DNA of 64,000 nucleotides, taken from positions 1,488,001 to 1,552,000 of the forward strand of contig LSRY02000019.1 in the NCBI GenBank assembly GCA_001643675.2, written 5' to 3'. This document shows, piece by piece, positions 1-17,659 of the stretch. The notes under the pieces were generated by a model. It saw only the letters and a program-made list of their open reading frames with translations, did no database searches and was not told the origin of the DNA. Within the stretch, counting starts at the first letter, position 1. The number at the start of each line of letters is the position of its first letter. This DNA is from Monocercomonoides exilis PA203 (Eukaryota; Protista; Preaxostyla). Both the position numbers and the translations under genes were made by a program.

Positions 1-830
1 AGAAAAAAGAAAAGAAAAGAAAAAGAAAAAAAATAAAAAATAGAATAGAAAAATACCCTTTTTTTCGCAAAATATTTTTTCATTGATTAGAAATAATCAG
101 AAAACAAAAAGACACACACACATGTTAATTTTGATTTTCATCGAAATAACTATTTTTCTTTTCTTTTCTTTTTTTTTTGCCTTTTTTTGTACCATAAATT
201 TTAAAAACGAGGTTTAAAGTTTCATTTTTTTTCTTTCAAATTCGACTTAAAGCAGAATTCTTGCATTTATGAAAAAATCGACGTTTTGTTCCAAATAAAT
301 TCTTTCGTCATATCATTATAAGTCTTCCATTCTCATTTTAAAAAAATAAAGAAAAATTAAATAATATCGAATAACATCACAAAATATTGTGTGGAACAAA
401 ATCCATAAAGCAAGAAATTACATCCCGTTCGAATTCTATCGCAATAACTAATCACAGTCAAGAAGAAACAGTCTTTAAGTGATAAATTAATTTTTCATTC
501 ACTTTCAATTTATCATCTCCTCAAATGTGTTCACTTGAAATTGAAAACAAAAAAAGATTTCTTTCCCATTCGTGTTTTGCTGGGAATAATTCAATCCATT
601 TCTCAAAAAATTGCTCAATTTCGAAACAATTGAAAATTCCACAACTGCTCAATTTTTCAAGTGTTTTTATTAATATACAAAAAACAATAAAAATTATATT
701 TAATGATGAAAAACAATGAAATATTCTTTTCAACGACTTGATTGAAAGATTATTATAATTAATGGGTGTTCTTCCCATATTAAATACTTCTTGTTGTTGA
801 AACAGACAATAATTTTTTTGTCTTGAAAAT

Positions 831-1946
831 ATGCTCAAAGATCAAATTCGCACTTCATTTGAAAGTCAAGTTAGAAGAGAAGAGTTGATTGGTAGAGGAT
901 TGAACATTTTAGAGGATAAAGAAGGAAAAGAAAGAAGAGATGTCAGTTCAGTATTTTCTGGAAGAGGAATTGGGAAAGTTGGATTAATTTTAGGAAAAGA
1001 ATTAGGCGGACAAGAATTTAATGCATTACGCATCATGGGAAAAAATCTTGCCATTCAAAAAGAGCTGAGAAATTCTGGAGAAATATATGATCATCCGGAA
1101 ATAAAGTTTGACAAGATACCGATGCGAGACGAGATAATGAGGTTAATTGCACACTTTATTGGACGCTCAGTCGCATACACACGAAAATATCCTTTTGAAG
1201 ATTGGAAATTAAGTCACGATGAAATAGTGAATAGACCATTGCTAACTTCGGATTCTTTAACTGGATTTCATGCTCTTGGATACGGAAGCATATGCTATGA
1301 GAAAGACATATTTGAAAGCGGAGAATTGGCAGCTTGCGGTCAAGTACAACCATTGTTTTCTCGCTGGTCTCCTCAAACAACCGAAGACGCAGATTTTGCC
1401 AATTCAACTGGACAGTCTATTTATTCACTTTTTAAAGTCATGTCATCAAAAATGGGTATGACTGAAACAGAGCTAATGATGATGGTCATTTTATGTGAAC
1501 GCGTTCTTACAAGTGGGATTAGCGACATTCCGTTTGTTCTCAACGAAACAAATACTATGATGACAGTAGTTACATGCTTTATGATAGTAAACAAAAGCAT
1601 CTCCACAGATGTGCCATTTTCAAATGCATATTGGTGTCATAGATTTGGAATCGGATTGGAAAATCTAAGCATATCAGAACGATTCGTTTTAGAAAAACTG
1701 AATTTTCAAACACAAATCAGCCCAGCTGAGTGGGAAGCTGCTGTTGTATTGAAAGAAAGAATCATGAAAAGATGGACTGTCACGCCCCCGTCGATTCCGG
1801 TGTCAATACCATTACAACTTCAGCAGGGAGCAGCAACAACAGATTCTGCAAGTTCTGGAAATGCTTCTGCATCTGAATCTTCAAAGGCGACTGTACAAAA
1901 CGTGGATCCAAGCATGCCACCTGCTAATTCGGAAGCAAAGTCATAG
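831..1946 (+). CDS. Cyclin-box protein, PHO80/cyclin-P/U-like, with low-complexity C-terminal tail
   Basis: 371-aa intronless ORF. ELMMMVILCERV...LNETNTMMTVVTCFMIVNKSISTDVPFSNAYWCHRFGIGLENLSISERFVLEKLNFQTQIS resembles the PHO80-type cyclin N-domain (K..D..ysN..wa..gG....lN.lE..fL..l.f.l). Confidence 0.65.
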   Translation: MLKDQIRTSFESQVRREELIGRGLNILEDKEGKERRDVSSVFSGRGIGKVGLILGKELGGQEFNALRIMGKNLAIQKELRNSGEIYDHPEIKFDKIPMRDEIMRLIAHFIGRSVAYTRKYPFEDWKLSHDEIVNRPLLTSDSLTGFHALGYGSICYEKDIFESGELAACGQVQPLFSRWSPQTTEDADFANSTGQSIYSLFKVMSSKMGMTETELMMMVILCERVLTSGISDIPFVLNETNTMMTVVTCFMIVNKSISTDVPFSNAYWCHRFGIGLENLSISERFVLEKLNFQTQISPAEWEAAVVLKERIMKRWTVTPPSIPVSIPLQLQQGAATTDSASSGNASASESSKATVQNVDPSMPPANSEAKS

Positions 1947-3863
1947 TGATTTGAATTATTCAACTGATCATTTATATCTCACCCAAACGGTATAGAAACA
2001 GGTATTTCACAGAAAATCACTGCGAGATTGTTGTTGCCTCTCGATTAATGAAGAGTTTGCAGATTGGTTTGAGCCACAACGTTTTTTCAGTCAAAACGTT
2101 CGTTCCCTGCAACGTTTCTCAGACAATTTGCAGACTGTCGAAGTACAAAGCATACGGAGGCAATAGGATCAATGAAAAAAAGAATTCAGTTTTTTTTCTA
2201 AAGTCGATGACCGATAAAAATTGGATTGCATTTCATTTGGTCTTTGCAAAGTATACAACGCCAGAGGAATGCCATGAGCAGTCTTCAGGATAAACAATAG
2301 CACTTACGCTGGCTTATCTGCGGCATTAAAAGCTTCTCTTCATTTTTCACGGGCAGAATTTGTGTGTTTACAATCACATTTTCTTGTAAAGAAGCACTTG
2401 GAGTGATTATTTTACTGTGATTAATACCAAATGATCAGCAGACAAGGAATGAAATTTCAGAAATTTATGACAAAAGTTGGATTTGAATGGCAAAATAGAA
2501 TAATTTCAAAAGTATTAAATGGAACATACAAATGCAATATTCAGAGTTTGTATGGAAAAAGGATTTTAGAAAGACATTCCGATGAAAGCAGAAATAAACT
2601 CATTTGAACATTTTTTCTTTTTATTTTTACAAGTTAAAAATTTTAATTTTTATTTTAATTTAATTTTTTTTCAGTTTTTGGAGAACCAGAATTAGAGAAG
2701 CTTCTCTTTTGGATGCGGACTATTCTGGTTGATATTCACTGATGTTGCTTTTATCGGTTGTTTTTTTGCATTTATTTCGTTCTTTGAAATGAAGTGTTTA
2801 TGAACGGATGCTTAGAAGCAATGTGAGGTGTATTTAGTTACATTTTGTTTATTGTTTGAAAACATCGTGATTTTTTATATGGACGTTTCATTTGCGAAGA
2901 ATAAAACCTTCCTTTTATTTCTATTTAATGCTTAATGAATTTCTATTATTAGACTTTTTCTTTCCTTTATTCTTTTCTCTTTTCTTTTTAATTTCTTTTT
3001 AATTTCTTTTTTCTTTATTATTATTTTTTTTAATTTTAAACCGAATTTTTATTTGACAAGTCGCTTTTTATTAACTTTGAGTAATACGTTTTCTTTTTAA
3101 TTGATAATTTTTTCTAATGTGACTCAATGGTTTTTAAACCAGGATTTGTCATGAAAATTTTATGTTTCTTTTTGGTTGACTTTATCACATCACTTCTGGT
3201 TTTTTTTTATTTTTTTTCAATCTTAATATTAAACGTTATTATTATTTCTAATGAATACAGTATCTTTTTTTAACTTTTCTTTTTGAATGTGAAAATAATA
3301 AGAGTTTTTATGAATGAAAAAAGCTGTTGAACTTTAAAGCAAACATCATTCATGCACTTTCTTTTGCTTGACAAATTCACCGGCAAAGAAACAACAACCA
3401 AGAAAAAACATGACTACTTGTTAACTTCGAAAATCGCTCTTTGAAATGAATCAAGCCCATCTCAGTTAAAAATGATGTATATAAAAATTTTCAATCTTAA
3501 TGAAAATGACGAGATAAATTTCAAAAAGCAATAAATAAAATAACTGGAAATGAGAAATAAAGTTAACAAAAGTTAACAAAAGTTAAAAAAGCAAAAGAAA
3601 AAACATGTTGAAATCAATCACGAAATATGTTTTCATAGTTAAAAAAATCAAAAAATATAAAATGGCCATCAAGCTATTTCTTCGATGGTCCAAAGAGTCA
3701 CAATAAGAATTTCTCTATTTAAAGTCCTTTATTCAACTTTAAAATACATAAAAAATTCTTTTTATTTCTCTTTTCTTCTCTTCTTTCCTTCTTTCTCCTT
3801 ATTCCTCTTCTCCTTCTCCTTCTTCTCCCTCTCTCTCTTTCTCTTTCTAATTCTCCTCTTTAT

Positions 3864-4749
3864 TTACTTCCCCTTCGGCACAAAAGCCTTCGCCGTCACA
3901 CGCAATCCCGAGCTCCTCTGCTCCGGATGCTGTTCTCCTGTCTGTGGAGGATACGGCTGCGACATAAGAGGCATCGCTCCTCCCTGCTGAAACTGCTGCG
4001 GAGGCTGCTGAATTGGCATAGGGCCCATCCCAGGCATTCCATACTGCGCCATCGGAGGGGCATATCCATAGGCAGGATAAGGAGGATACCCGCCTCCCAT
4101 CGGCGGTGCCATCATCGGTGGATATTGCTGGTATTGTTGAAACATCTGTGCCTGTGGCTGAGGTTGAGATTGAGGCTGTGGTTGTTGCTGCATTGGAAGA
4201 AGAGGCTGAGCTGCTGGTGCAGGTGCTTGTGCGTGTGCAGGTGAATGTGCAGGTGCTGGGTCAGACGAAGGAGAGGCACTTGAAGGAGCAGCTGGCTTGC
4301 TGATGATGGAGATGGCTTTTGGCGAGGCAGAGGCTGTTTTGGGTGAAGGCGACGAGGACTTTGGCGTTGAGGCTTGTTTTGGAGAAGCAGCAGGCTTTTT
4401 GCCAGAGGGCTGTGGATGAGAAGCAGACGGGGCATTCTTTTGAGGTGGCATGGTGATTTTGACTCCGCCAGAAGAAGAAGAGGAAGAGGAGGAGGAAGAA
4501 GGAGAAGGAGATGCTGAAGATGAAGGTGTGGATGCATTTGTGGGGGTTGAGGAAGGAGAAGGCTGTTCAGAGGAAGAAGAAGAAGATGATGATGAGGAGG
4601 AATCAGAGGAGGAAGAAGCAGCAGCAGTTTTCTTTGATTTTGTTTGTATGTTCGTCACAACACCAATTCCGATAGTTCTGCCTTCGTCTCGAATGATAAA
4701 GCGACCGAACTGAGGGAATATGTTGAACGGCTCAATACAAACAGGGTTC

Positions 4750-4781
<32 letters not shown>

Positions 4782-5199
4782 ACAATATATAAAAGATTCG
4801 AATGAAGAATTAACAGAATAAAATCAATTAGAGAATTAAAAGAATTAAACAAATAAAAATCTTTTTCATAAATAACTTCACATTAAATATCTAATCTCTA
4901 TTTCTTCCTCCATGTTGAATAAAGCATTCATTTCAAACCTGAGTAGAAAACCAGCATGTGATGAAGTCATTAACGCCAGCCTTCACTGGATTCAGCTGCT
5001 TCACTTGCTTTTTGTTGTCTAAGATGTTCACAAGTTTCTAGTGATATTTATCAATTGAATGAATAAATGATGATTTTTGAGAAGAAATGCAAAATTATAA
5101 GAAAATTAAATAGAATTTAAGAAAATCAAATATACATATGTCAAATAGAATTAAAATGAATATTATCATTTTATTCATTAAAAGAAAAGAATAAACATC

Positions 5200-5234
<35 letters not shown>

Positions 5235-6823
5235 CTTTCTCTCTCCATTTCTTTTTCAGAATTTATGAAAAAAATATAACATACGACAAGTTCAGCTTCT
5301 TCAGTAGCAGCATGAGTGTGGATGATGCATTTATATCCAGCGCTAATCAGATTTTTGCACTCCATAATACGAAACTGTGCCTGGAAGAGGGTTGTGCTGT
5401 GAACTGGGCGCTCTCTTGTGCACAGAACAAAACCAGGATGGATTTCAGTGTCTTCCACTCCACGCAAACCAACCTTTGGTCATGAGAAGAAGAAAGAACA
5501 GGAAAATATTCATTTTGAAGAGAAAGAATAAGAAACAAAGAGAAAAGATAGATTGACAGAAATTAGAATCAAAAATGAAAAATGAAAATTTCAGTCATTT
5601 TTATTAAAGAAACACACAGTAAGCTGATCACCAGGCTCAGCCTCTTCCACTCTTCTTCTGTCCTTCACAATCGACACCAACTCCACATTTCTGTTCAGTG
5701 GCTGGATCATAAACTTGTCCTTGTCTGTAGCCAGCTTCATCGTTCCGACTTCAATTCTGCCAAGTATGTAGCAATTTCCCATCGATTTGTACTTGTCGCA
5801 GATTGAGAGAGCAAGTGGCGCTTTCATGTATCGCTCAGGTGGACGAATATCGTCAAGAATCTGGAACAAAGTTGGACCTCTGAAAGTTTGACAATAAAAT
5901 TAACAAAATGTTCAAAGATCATATTGAAATTAAAGTCATTGAAAAATATTCAATCAAAAAAAATTGCATTGTTCTCGAAATTTTCTTTTCAAAAGGCTCA
6001 TTTTTTTCCAAATAATAAATAAATACGCTCGAACATCTCACTGAAGCATACTTATACCAGCCCAAATGTTCGTCATCTTTCGTTATCAAATTTGATCCCG
6101 TAAAACCAGAAATTGGTAGCCAGTGAAGTTCTTCCGCTTTCCATCCACTTTGGCGGAGGAACGGAGCTAAACGGCTTTTAATTTCTTCATATCTTTTTTG
6201 ATCCCAATCAACGGAAGGATCGTCCATTTTATTCACAGCAACAATCAAAGATGTCACTCCAACAGTTCTCGCTAAAACGATGTGTTCGCGTGTTTGGCCA
6301 TCTCGATCAAAGCCAGTTTCAAATTCTCCTTTACGAGCAGAAATAATAAGAACTGCAACATCAGCTTGCGACGCTCCACCAATCATGTGAGGAATGAAAT
6401 GTCTATGTCCAGGAGCATCAATCACTTCCCAATGCTTTGTTTCTGTTGAAAATGTACCATGACCGCATTCCCATGTTTTCCCACGTTGTCTCTCTTCCTC
6501 CAGTTCGTCCATTGCAAACGCATATTTCCAGCTTTCTCCTCCTTTTTGTTTTGATTCTCTCGTATTTTTTTCCATTGTTCTATCGTCAATCATGTGACAT
6601 TCGTACAAAATACGTCCAGAAGTTGTGGATTTTCCGGAATCTATTGAATATTTAGTGTAAAGCAATAAGAATTATGTAAAAATGATGAAAAACTGAATAA
6701 AATCAAACCGACGTGTCCAATAAACACAATATTGCAAGTTTTTTTTGCTAATGATCCATCATCGATAAGTTCTTCTTCTTCTTCTTCAAATTCTTCTTCG
6801 AGATCTTCAACGGGATCGGCCAT
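3864..6823 (-). CDS. eRF3: Eukaryotic peptide chain release factor GTP-binding subunit eRF3, multi-exon, with a long C-terminal low-complexity extension ending in a PAM2-like motif
   Basis: Spliced exons give NIVFIGHV/DSGKST, DAPGH, ISARKGEFETGFDRDGQTREH, VNKMDDPSVDW (eRF3-type), domain II/III exons (5591-5869, ~5286-5478) and QFGRFIIRDEGRTIGIG (GRFTLRD motif). About five short introns. Confidence 0.9.
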
Positions 6824-7337
6824 TCTGTAAAAATGATTTGTTATTTGATCAATAATAACCCATACATTATCTTTGAATAATTCTGTTCATATCGAAATAT
6901 CATGATACTCTTCTTATTTGTTAATAGAGGATTCTCATAATTCCATGTTTTTTTGTAAAAGAACCATTTGTTTTTCGAAAGGAATAAATATATTTCTCTT
7001 CATGATGAACAAAAAGAAAACAGAACTGGAGAAATTTTTAAAAAAAAATCTGTTTGACTGATGAATGTTTTCAACAAGAATATCAAAGCAACGAAAAAAG
7101 ATTAAAAATCAAAACAAAGTTAAAGACAAACAAATAATATGCATCATTCATATCCAGAATGTTGAACATGTTACAAAATAATATTTATTTATTAAATATT
7201 TTGAGATGCATCATTATTTGTGAATTAATATTGAATGTTTTTTAAAATTCCAATAAATCTCTATATTAAGTGTTTGTTGCTTTTCTTTCTTTTTTCAAAT
7301 TTATGATTCAAAATGATCAAATCATACATAACAAATA

Positions 7338-11381
<4,044 letters not shown>

Positions 11382-11750
11382 AGGCATTTCTAATTTTTGT
11401 GAATTTTTCTCCAGCATTTAAAATGTTTCTTTTTATATATTTATATTTAATTCTTTTTAGTGTTAATCAAAAAATTGATTTTTGTTGAATTGCGGAATTT
11501 CTTCTCACAGTTTTTGCAATGGCGCACCGATTTTGTATGTTAGTAATTTTCTCTTTTATTGTTCAAATTTGTTTTTTCAAACATTCTTTTTGTGATATGT
11601 TGCTATTCTTGTTTTTTAATATTCTTTTCAAATTTGATTACCTATTTTTTTTTAGCTGTTTTCATTTCATTTGCATAATAAGAAATGTCATTCAAAATTC
11701 AATAAAACATTTATTTTGCACAGCTCAAATAATACAAAAAGTACAAAACT

Positions 11751-12280
11751 CTATTCTTTTAAATCAAACAAGTCGTCTTCATCATCCTTTCTTCTTTTAC
11801 AGATAATAAATGTTTTATATATCCCAGGAATAATCAATAAAATTCCAAATCCAAAAATCACTAAACCCCAAATCCAACCATTTGCCAAAAAGCTAATTCT
11901 GAACATATTATTAATAAAATTCAAACAAAAAAAGAAATAAGTTAGAAATTTAAAAAAAAATAAAAGATTCCATAGGCATGCCCAATAGAAACGCAAATTA
12001 TTCCCAATATAAGAAGAACAATTGCAATGGCAATGTCCTTTTTTTGATTTTTTGTTTTTATTGATTCTGGAATTGAAGCAGGTCGAAAAAAGAAAACAGA
12101 TTTCTGAGAATCTTCAGAAAAATCATTATAATTTCCCTGGTTGTCTTCAACGATTTCCATTTCATTTTGTCGTTGGATATCTTTTGAATGACAGTTTTCA
12201 CTTCTTTTCAATGAGTCCTCGGATAAATCATCAACCTGTATTTTTTCATCTTGAATTTCTTTGTTCAATGCATCTGACAT
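11751..12280 (-). CDS. Small two-TM membrane protein, TMEM230/TMEM134-like (one intron at ~11900-11966)
   Basis: Acidic N-terminus, TM1 KDIAIAIVLLILGIICVSIG, TM2 WGLVIFGFGILLIIPGIYKTFII (G.L.fIPG.Y pattern). Confidence 0.55.
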
Positions 12281-13764
12281 TTACAAAAGTGGATTTCCCC
12301 ACTGCAAAAGGTATAAGCCAAGTTTTTTCTTTGTTCGCGATCAAAAATCTAATATAATTTTATTATCTCAAAGAAAAATTTCAATTATTCAAAAATGTCA
12401 ATCTTAGAAATATTTCTCTGTGAACACAACAAAAAAATAATTCATCCAAATTGATAATTTATCGTTTTTGAAAATACTGTATTTTAAGACGAAAGAGTTT
12501 CAACTCATCGAGAATTGATTCCATTGCTTTTAACTGCATTTCTTTCATCTTTTTTTATTTTTTATTGTTTTATTTTTTTTTTTTTTTTTTTTATTTTCTT
12601 AACTTTTTATTTTTATTTTATTTTATTTTTTGATTTTGATTATGCAAATAAGAACAGAAAATCAAAGAAGATTTGTTTCAAAAGGAAGCAATACAAATAC
12701 CAAATCGTTATCAGAAAATATTTATCTGTTGTGTCGTGCACATCAGCTGATTTATCAAGAGAAGAAAAAATGCTTAATTGAATATTCTCAAACTGCTGCT
12801 TATGAAAAACATAATGAAAAAAAAACAATAATTAAGCGTTAGTTATAAAAATGAATTGAAACTTTTAAAGGGGGAAGGGGAACGAAAATGATGAAAATTA
12901 AAAAGACAACTTTAGCATTTCGTAGAGTGTGAAATTCAACTTTTTAAAAATTGAAGTGGATTGAAGGAAAAAATGAAAAACAAAGAATTAAAGATAACTT
13001 TGCAATAAAATGAATACTCTGAATAATTTTTCAAAATGGATTTAACCTTTTTTTCATTGTGGAATTGAAATAACGTGAAATTTCAAAAATAATTTTGTTC
13101 AGACAATAAAGACAATCTTCTCACTGTAAAGAAAGAAGAGCTTTATCATGCACCAAATTATCACCATGAAGAGTACATATATCAAACAAAAAGAATGATG
13201 AAAAGAGAATAAAGAATATTCTTCTATAAAGTCACTTTTTTGTCTTTTTAAAATGTCGTTAATTTAGGCAATTTTATTATCAATGAAATTTTCAGAAGCA
13301 TTTATCGCTTTTAAAGATACAATAAATGCGTTTGCACGTTAATTTACAACAACTATGAATATGAATGCCATAGATAATGATTTAATATGCAAAAAAAAAT
13401 TAAATATATTTATACTTTAAAAATAAAACTGTTTTTTGATATACCATTTGATACTTTCTTTATTATATATTGAAAAGCATATTTATAAATAAATATTTTT
13501 TATTTGTACCAAATATTTCAAAGAATTAAGCATTTCCATAACTTGAAAAATAGTTAATGGGTTTTGTTATTAAGAAAAAATATTCATTATTGGAACGAAT
13601 TTATATGGCGTTTGGTTCGGCTATTCGAATGTGAACATGGAGTAATTATTGCAACATTCCGGAAATATTTGAAAAAAAACGATCAGGTTTTGTCAATGTA
13701 TTAAGGGTATCCGTTTGTGATTTGAAGACTTCGGAGTTAAAGTTCAAAAGTTTTCGTGAAAATC

Positions 13765-16687
13765 ATGGAAAAAATTAAAGTAACACTTCTTTCTGGAAAA
13801 GGATTAGCTCCTGCGCGCCAAGCTGCTGTTTGCGACCCTTTCTGTGTCGTCAAGCTCGGAACTCAAAAATATATTTCCACAACTAAAGTTGGAGTTAATC
13901 GTTTGCATTTATTTATTTGATATTTAAAAAATGATTTATTTTTTCTATACCTTCAATTCAATGACTTATTTTTTAGCAACTTGGAATGAGGGATTCATAT
14001 TTAATATGCCTTCTTCAAATCCAATCCTGCATATTGATGTTATGACTAAAGATAGAATTAAAGTTACATATTCAGTAAAATTAGATTCGGTGGATCTTGA
14101 TTTATCACCATTTCTAAATTCACTCCCTTCAACAAATGTGATCAGACTTAAGTCCGGAAGCCTGACTGTTATAATCGACAGCGCTGATTCCTCTTCTCAT
14201 TTTGGAAATACCAAACTTCCTAGCCAAGCATTGCAAGCAACACAAGTTATGCCGATAGCTTCAGGAAGTAAAACTTCTGGATTAAGTTCTTCGACTCACG
14301 GCAGTTCTTCAATGGGCCCAACAAAGCCATACCCCACACAAACTGTTCAAAGCGCAACTAATCCAAAATATTCTTCATCTCAATCTCAATTTGCACCCCC
14401 ATCATCAAGTAAGAAGCCTTCATCCACTGCTGCAAGTTGCTCCTCAACTCCATCTTCTGGATCAAAATGGGGAAGCGGTTCATCTTCTTCGAGTGTTTCT
14501 TCTAGCGCAGCAAGTGTAGGAGGTGGAAAGATGGGAATGTGGACAAATCAGGCAAGCGGAAAAATTGGAGGAGGTGCTTGGCAATATCTTCATAGACCGC
14601 ACGGACCACATTGTCATCACCATCATATGAAGCCACCCAAGCAAGCACAGGAAGATTTCGCAAAATATGATAACACTTTTTCAAAGCTGGATGAAGAGGA
14701 AGCATGGGTTCCACCTACAGCACTTCCTGAAACATATGAAGAAACTGAAACTGAGAAATTAGAAAAAATGAAGCGTTGGGCGAAATTTGCTACATTTATG
14801 TCAAAGCCATATGAATATGACAGTAAATATAAGAAATCCCTGCAACAATTGGATGCAATGGGAGCAATTAACTTGGAGCGTATTAAGAGAGAACAGATTC
14901 CAAGCATTACAATTAACTATTGTGCTGCTCTGTTCTTTAATCCATATGAAGATCTTCCACACACTCTGGACATGGGACCAATCAACGATGCATTGCTGAT
15001 GGCAGAGCTGTTTATTTCAAGAGGATATCGTGTGGTGTATCTGTGCGATGCAACGCCAAGAGAATATCTCAGATGGATGGATTGGCTGCTTAGCAATGTG
15101 GAGACTGAGTTTGTGTCATTCTTCTCTGGACACGGAACTCAGATTCCAGACACAACTGGAAAGGAAGCAGACGGAATGTCCGAAGTGCTTGTGTTCTACG
15201 ACGAAACAAGAAAGAAGCAAGCGAAGGGAGGAGCGGTACCGAAGCTGAAGGCCATCGAAGGAGTGACAGAGGAAACCATCTCTGACACAGTGCTGTACAA
15301 GCTGATTACAAACAAAGAGTACGCTCAGACTCGTGTTGTGCTCTTGACAGACTGCTGCCATTCTGGAACAATGTTCAACATGGACCAGAAGCCAGAAAAC
15401 GGAAAGCTTTCAAGGCCTCCCCCATGCGTCGTGTGTGTGGGATCTGCTGTTGACAGCCAGACAGCTAAGCAGACGATGCTCCAGGGCAAAGAAACTGGAA
15501 TCTTCACATACAACTTTGTTGAATTGCTTAAAAAGAAGCCAGCAGCCACATTCCTTGAGCTCCAGTCGTATATGGCCTCGGCTATCAAGAAGTACCAGAC
15601 AATTCAGCTGACCAGCATGAACGAAGATCTGTATAAAGACCAGATTGTGGTGACGCTGGAGAAAGGAGAAGGCGAGCTTCAGCTTGAGGATATCGACTCG
15701 ACTATTCTGGAAGATCCTCCTGAGTCAATCACTTCAATTCCAGATGAGGATATTCCTTCACAGGCCGAACAGGAGATAGCCGCACTGCGTTGGGCAGACT
15801 TCTGTGCCGAGCTGGCGAAACCTGCGCCATACAACAGCAAGTACAAGAAGTACCTGCAGCAGCTGGATGCGATGGGTGCGATCAACCTGGAACGTATCAC
15901 CAGAGACCAGATCCCACCGAACATCTACATCAACCACTGCGCTGCCCTGTTCATCAACCCGTATGAAGACCTGCCCCACACACTCGAGTCTGGCCCGCTG
16001 GGCGATGCGGTGCTGATGAGCGAGCTGTTCCTGTCACGCGGGTATCACGTTGTGTACTTCTGCGATGCCACTCCGCACGAATACTACAGATGGATGGACT
16101 GGCTGCTGGACAATGTGGAGACAGAGCTGGTGAGCTTCTTCTCAGGCCACGGCACACAAGTGCCAGATACAACTGGAAAGGAGGCAGACGGGCTGAGCGA
16201 GGTGCTGGTGTTCTACGACTCAACGAGAAAGAAGAAGGCGACAGGAGCGAATGTGCCGAAGATTTCTCCTGTTCAGGGCATCACGAACGAGACTGTAGAT
16301 GATACTTGCATGTTTGATCTGATTACAAGCAAAGAGTACCCGCAGACGCGTGTGGTGCTTCTGACCGACTGCTGCCATTCAGGAACGATGTTCAACTTTG
16401 ACCAGTCCCTGCCGAAGGATGCACACGGCCTCACTCCTCCAATGAATGTGGTGTGTGTGGGATCAGCTCAGGACAGCCAGACGGCCAAGCAAACAGTGTT
16501 TGAAGGAACTGAAGCGGGAGTCTTCACATACAACTTCAATAAACTGCTCAAACAAAAGCCACACTCGACGTTTTTGGAATTGCAATCATACATGGACAAG
16601 CAGATCAAAAAATATCAAACAATTCAACTTACAGGATCTTCTCCGGATCTCTATGCCCAGCCTATTATTGTTGATAATGAAGAGTAA
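13765..16687 (+). CDS. C2-domain protein with two tandem metacaspase (peptidase C14) domains, ~948 aa
   Basis: Exon 1 (13765-13900) MEKIKVTLLSGKGLAP...DPFCVVKLGTQKYISTTK joins across intron 13901-13976 to P-TWNEGFIF (C2). Two repeats each contain FFSGHG and LTDCCHSG (His/Cys dyad). Confidence 0.88.
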
Positions 16688-17587
16688 TGCTATCATAGTA
16701 TTTATGAGGAGACGTTAGATTATTACAATCACTTTTCTAAATCCACTTTAAAAGACGTCCCCCACAAGATTTTTTAAATATTTTCTTGCAGTTTTTCTTT
16801 TCATTTAACTAAATCACATTCAGCTTCTGTTTTAAACAACTCATTAACACATTAAAATTAATAGTTTAAAAAAGACAGAATTTTTTTTTAAAAAATAATC
16901 GTTGTAAACATAATTTTTGAATTCGATTTTTCGATATGGGACGAAATTTATCGCTTTCTGAATTTTGTTCCACACAGTTCTTTCAAAGATTTTTTTCGAT
17001 TTTTTATATTTTTATATTTTATATTGCAAGAAAATGTCAGAATAATTATCATAATATTGCAAAAAAAGTCTGGAACAAATCTTTGATTTTTTCATAAAAC
17101 CTATAATTTTGCCCCATATTGTGCAAAAACATCGATTTAATCACTCGAGCAAAAAGTTATTTCGTGAAGACAAATTGCATTGTTTATCTTTCAAGTTGCA
17201 CTTTTCTACAAGGAATCAAGCAGATAAGGATATCTGAAAATTTGACAAAAAAATAAAAAAAAAAATTACAAAAATTTGAGAGAGAAAGATAGAGACAAAA
17301 ACGTGTGAACACAATTTATTTTTTGAAAATGATTCATTCATTCACAGAAATGGCTATTATGAATTTTCAGTTAATTGAATCAATTTGAATTGATCAATTC
17401 TGTTTCAAGATAGATAAAATATATTCGTTTCAATCATAAATAATCGATCAAACAAATCAAGAAAAAAAAATGACATAAACAACAAAAATATACAACTCTG
17501 ATTCATTTTCATTTAAAGCTTCACAAATGAAAAATCTAAAAGTTTGTTTTGTCAAATTCTAATAAAATATCGATATGAAAAAATATA

Positions 17588-17659
17588 CGTCCACTCCGGG
17601 AATTGAACCCGGGCCATGAGAGTGACAGTCTCATATTCTACCGACTATACTAAGCGGAC
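17588..17659 (-). tRNA. tRNA-Asp (GTC)
   Basis: Reverse complement GTCCGCTTAGTATAGTCGGTAGAATATGAGACTGTCACTCTCATGGCCCGGGTTCAATTCCCGGAGTGGACG folds as a cloverleaf: anticodon arm TGAGA-ctGTCac-TCTCA, T-loop GGTTCAATTCC, discriminator G. Confidence 0.95.

Noticed and set aside
16920-17140. Weak palindrome (ATATGGG/CCCATAT, TTGTTCCA/TGGAACAA) after the metacaspase gene
   Set aside because: Too degenerate and AT-rich to define ends or a TSD.
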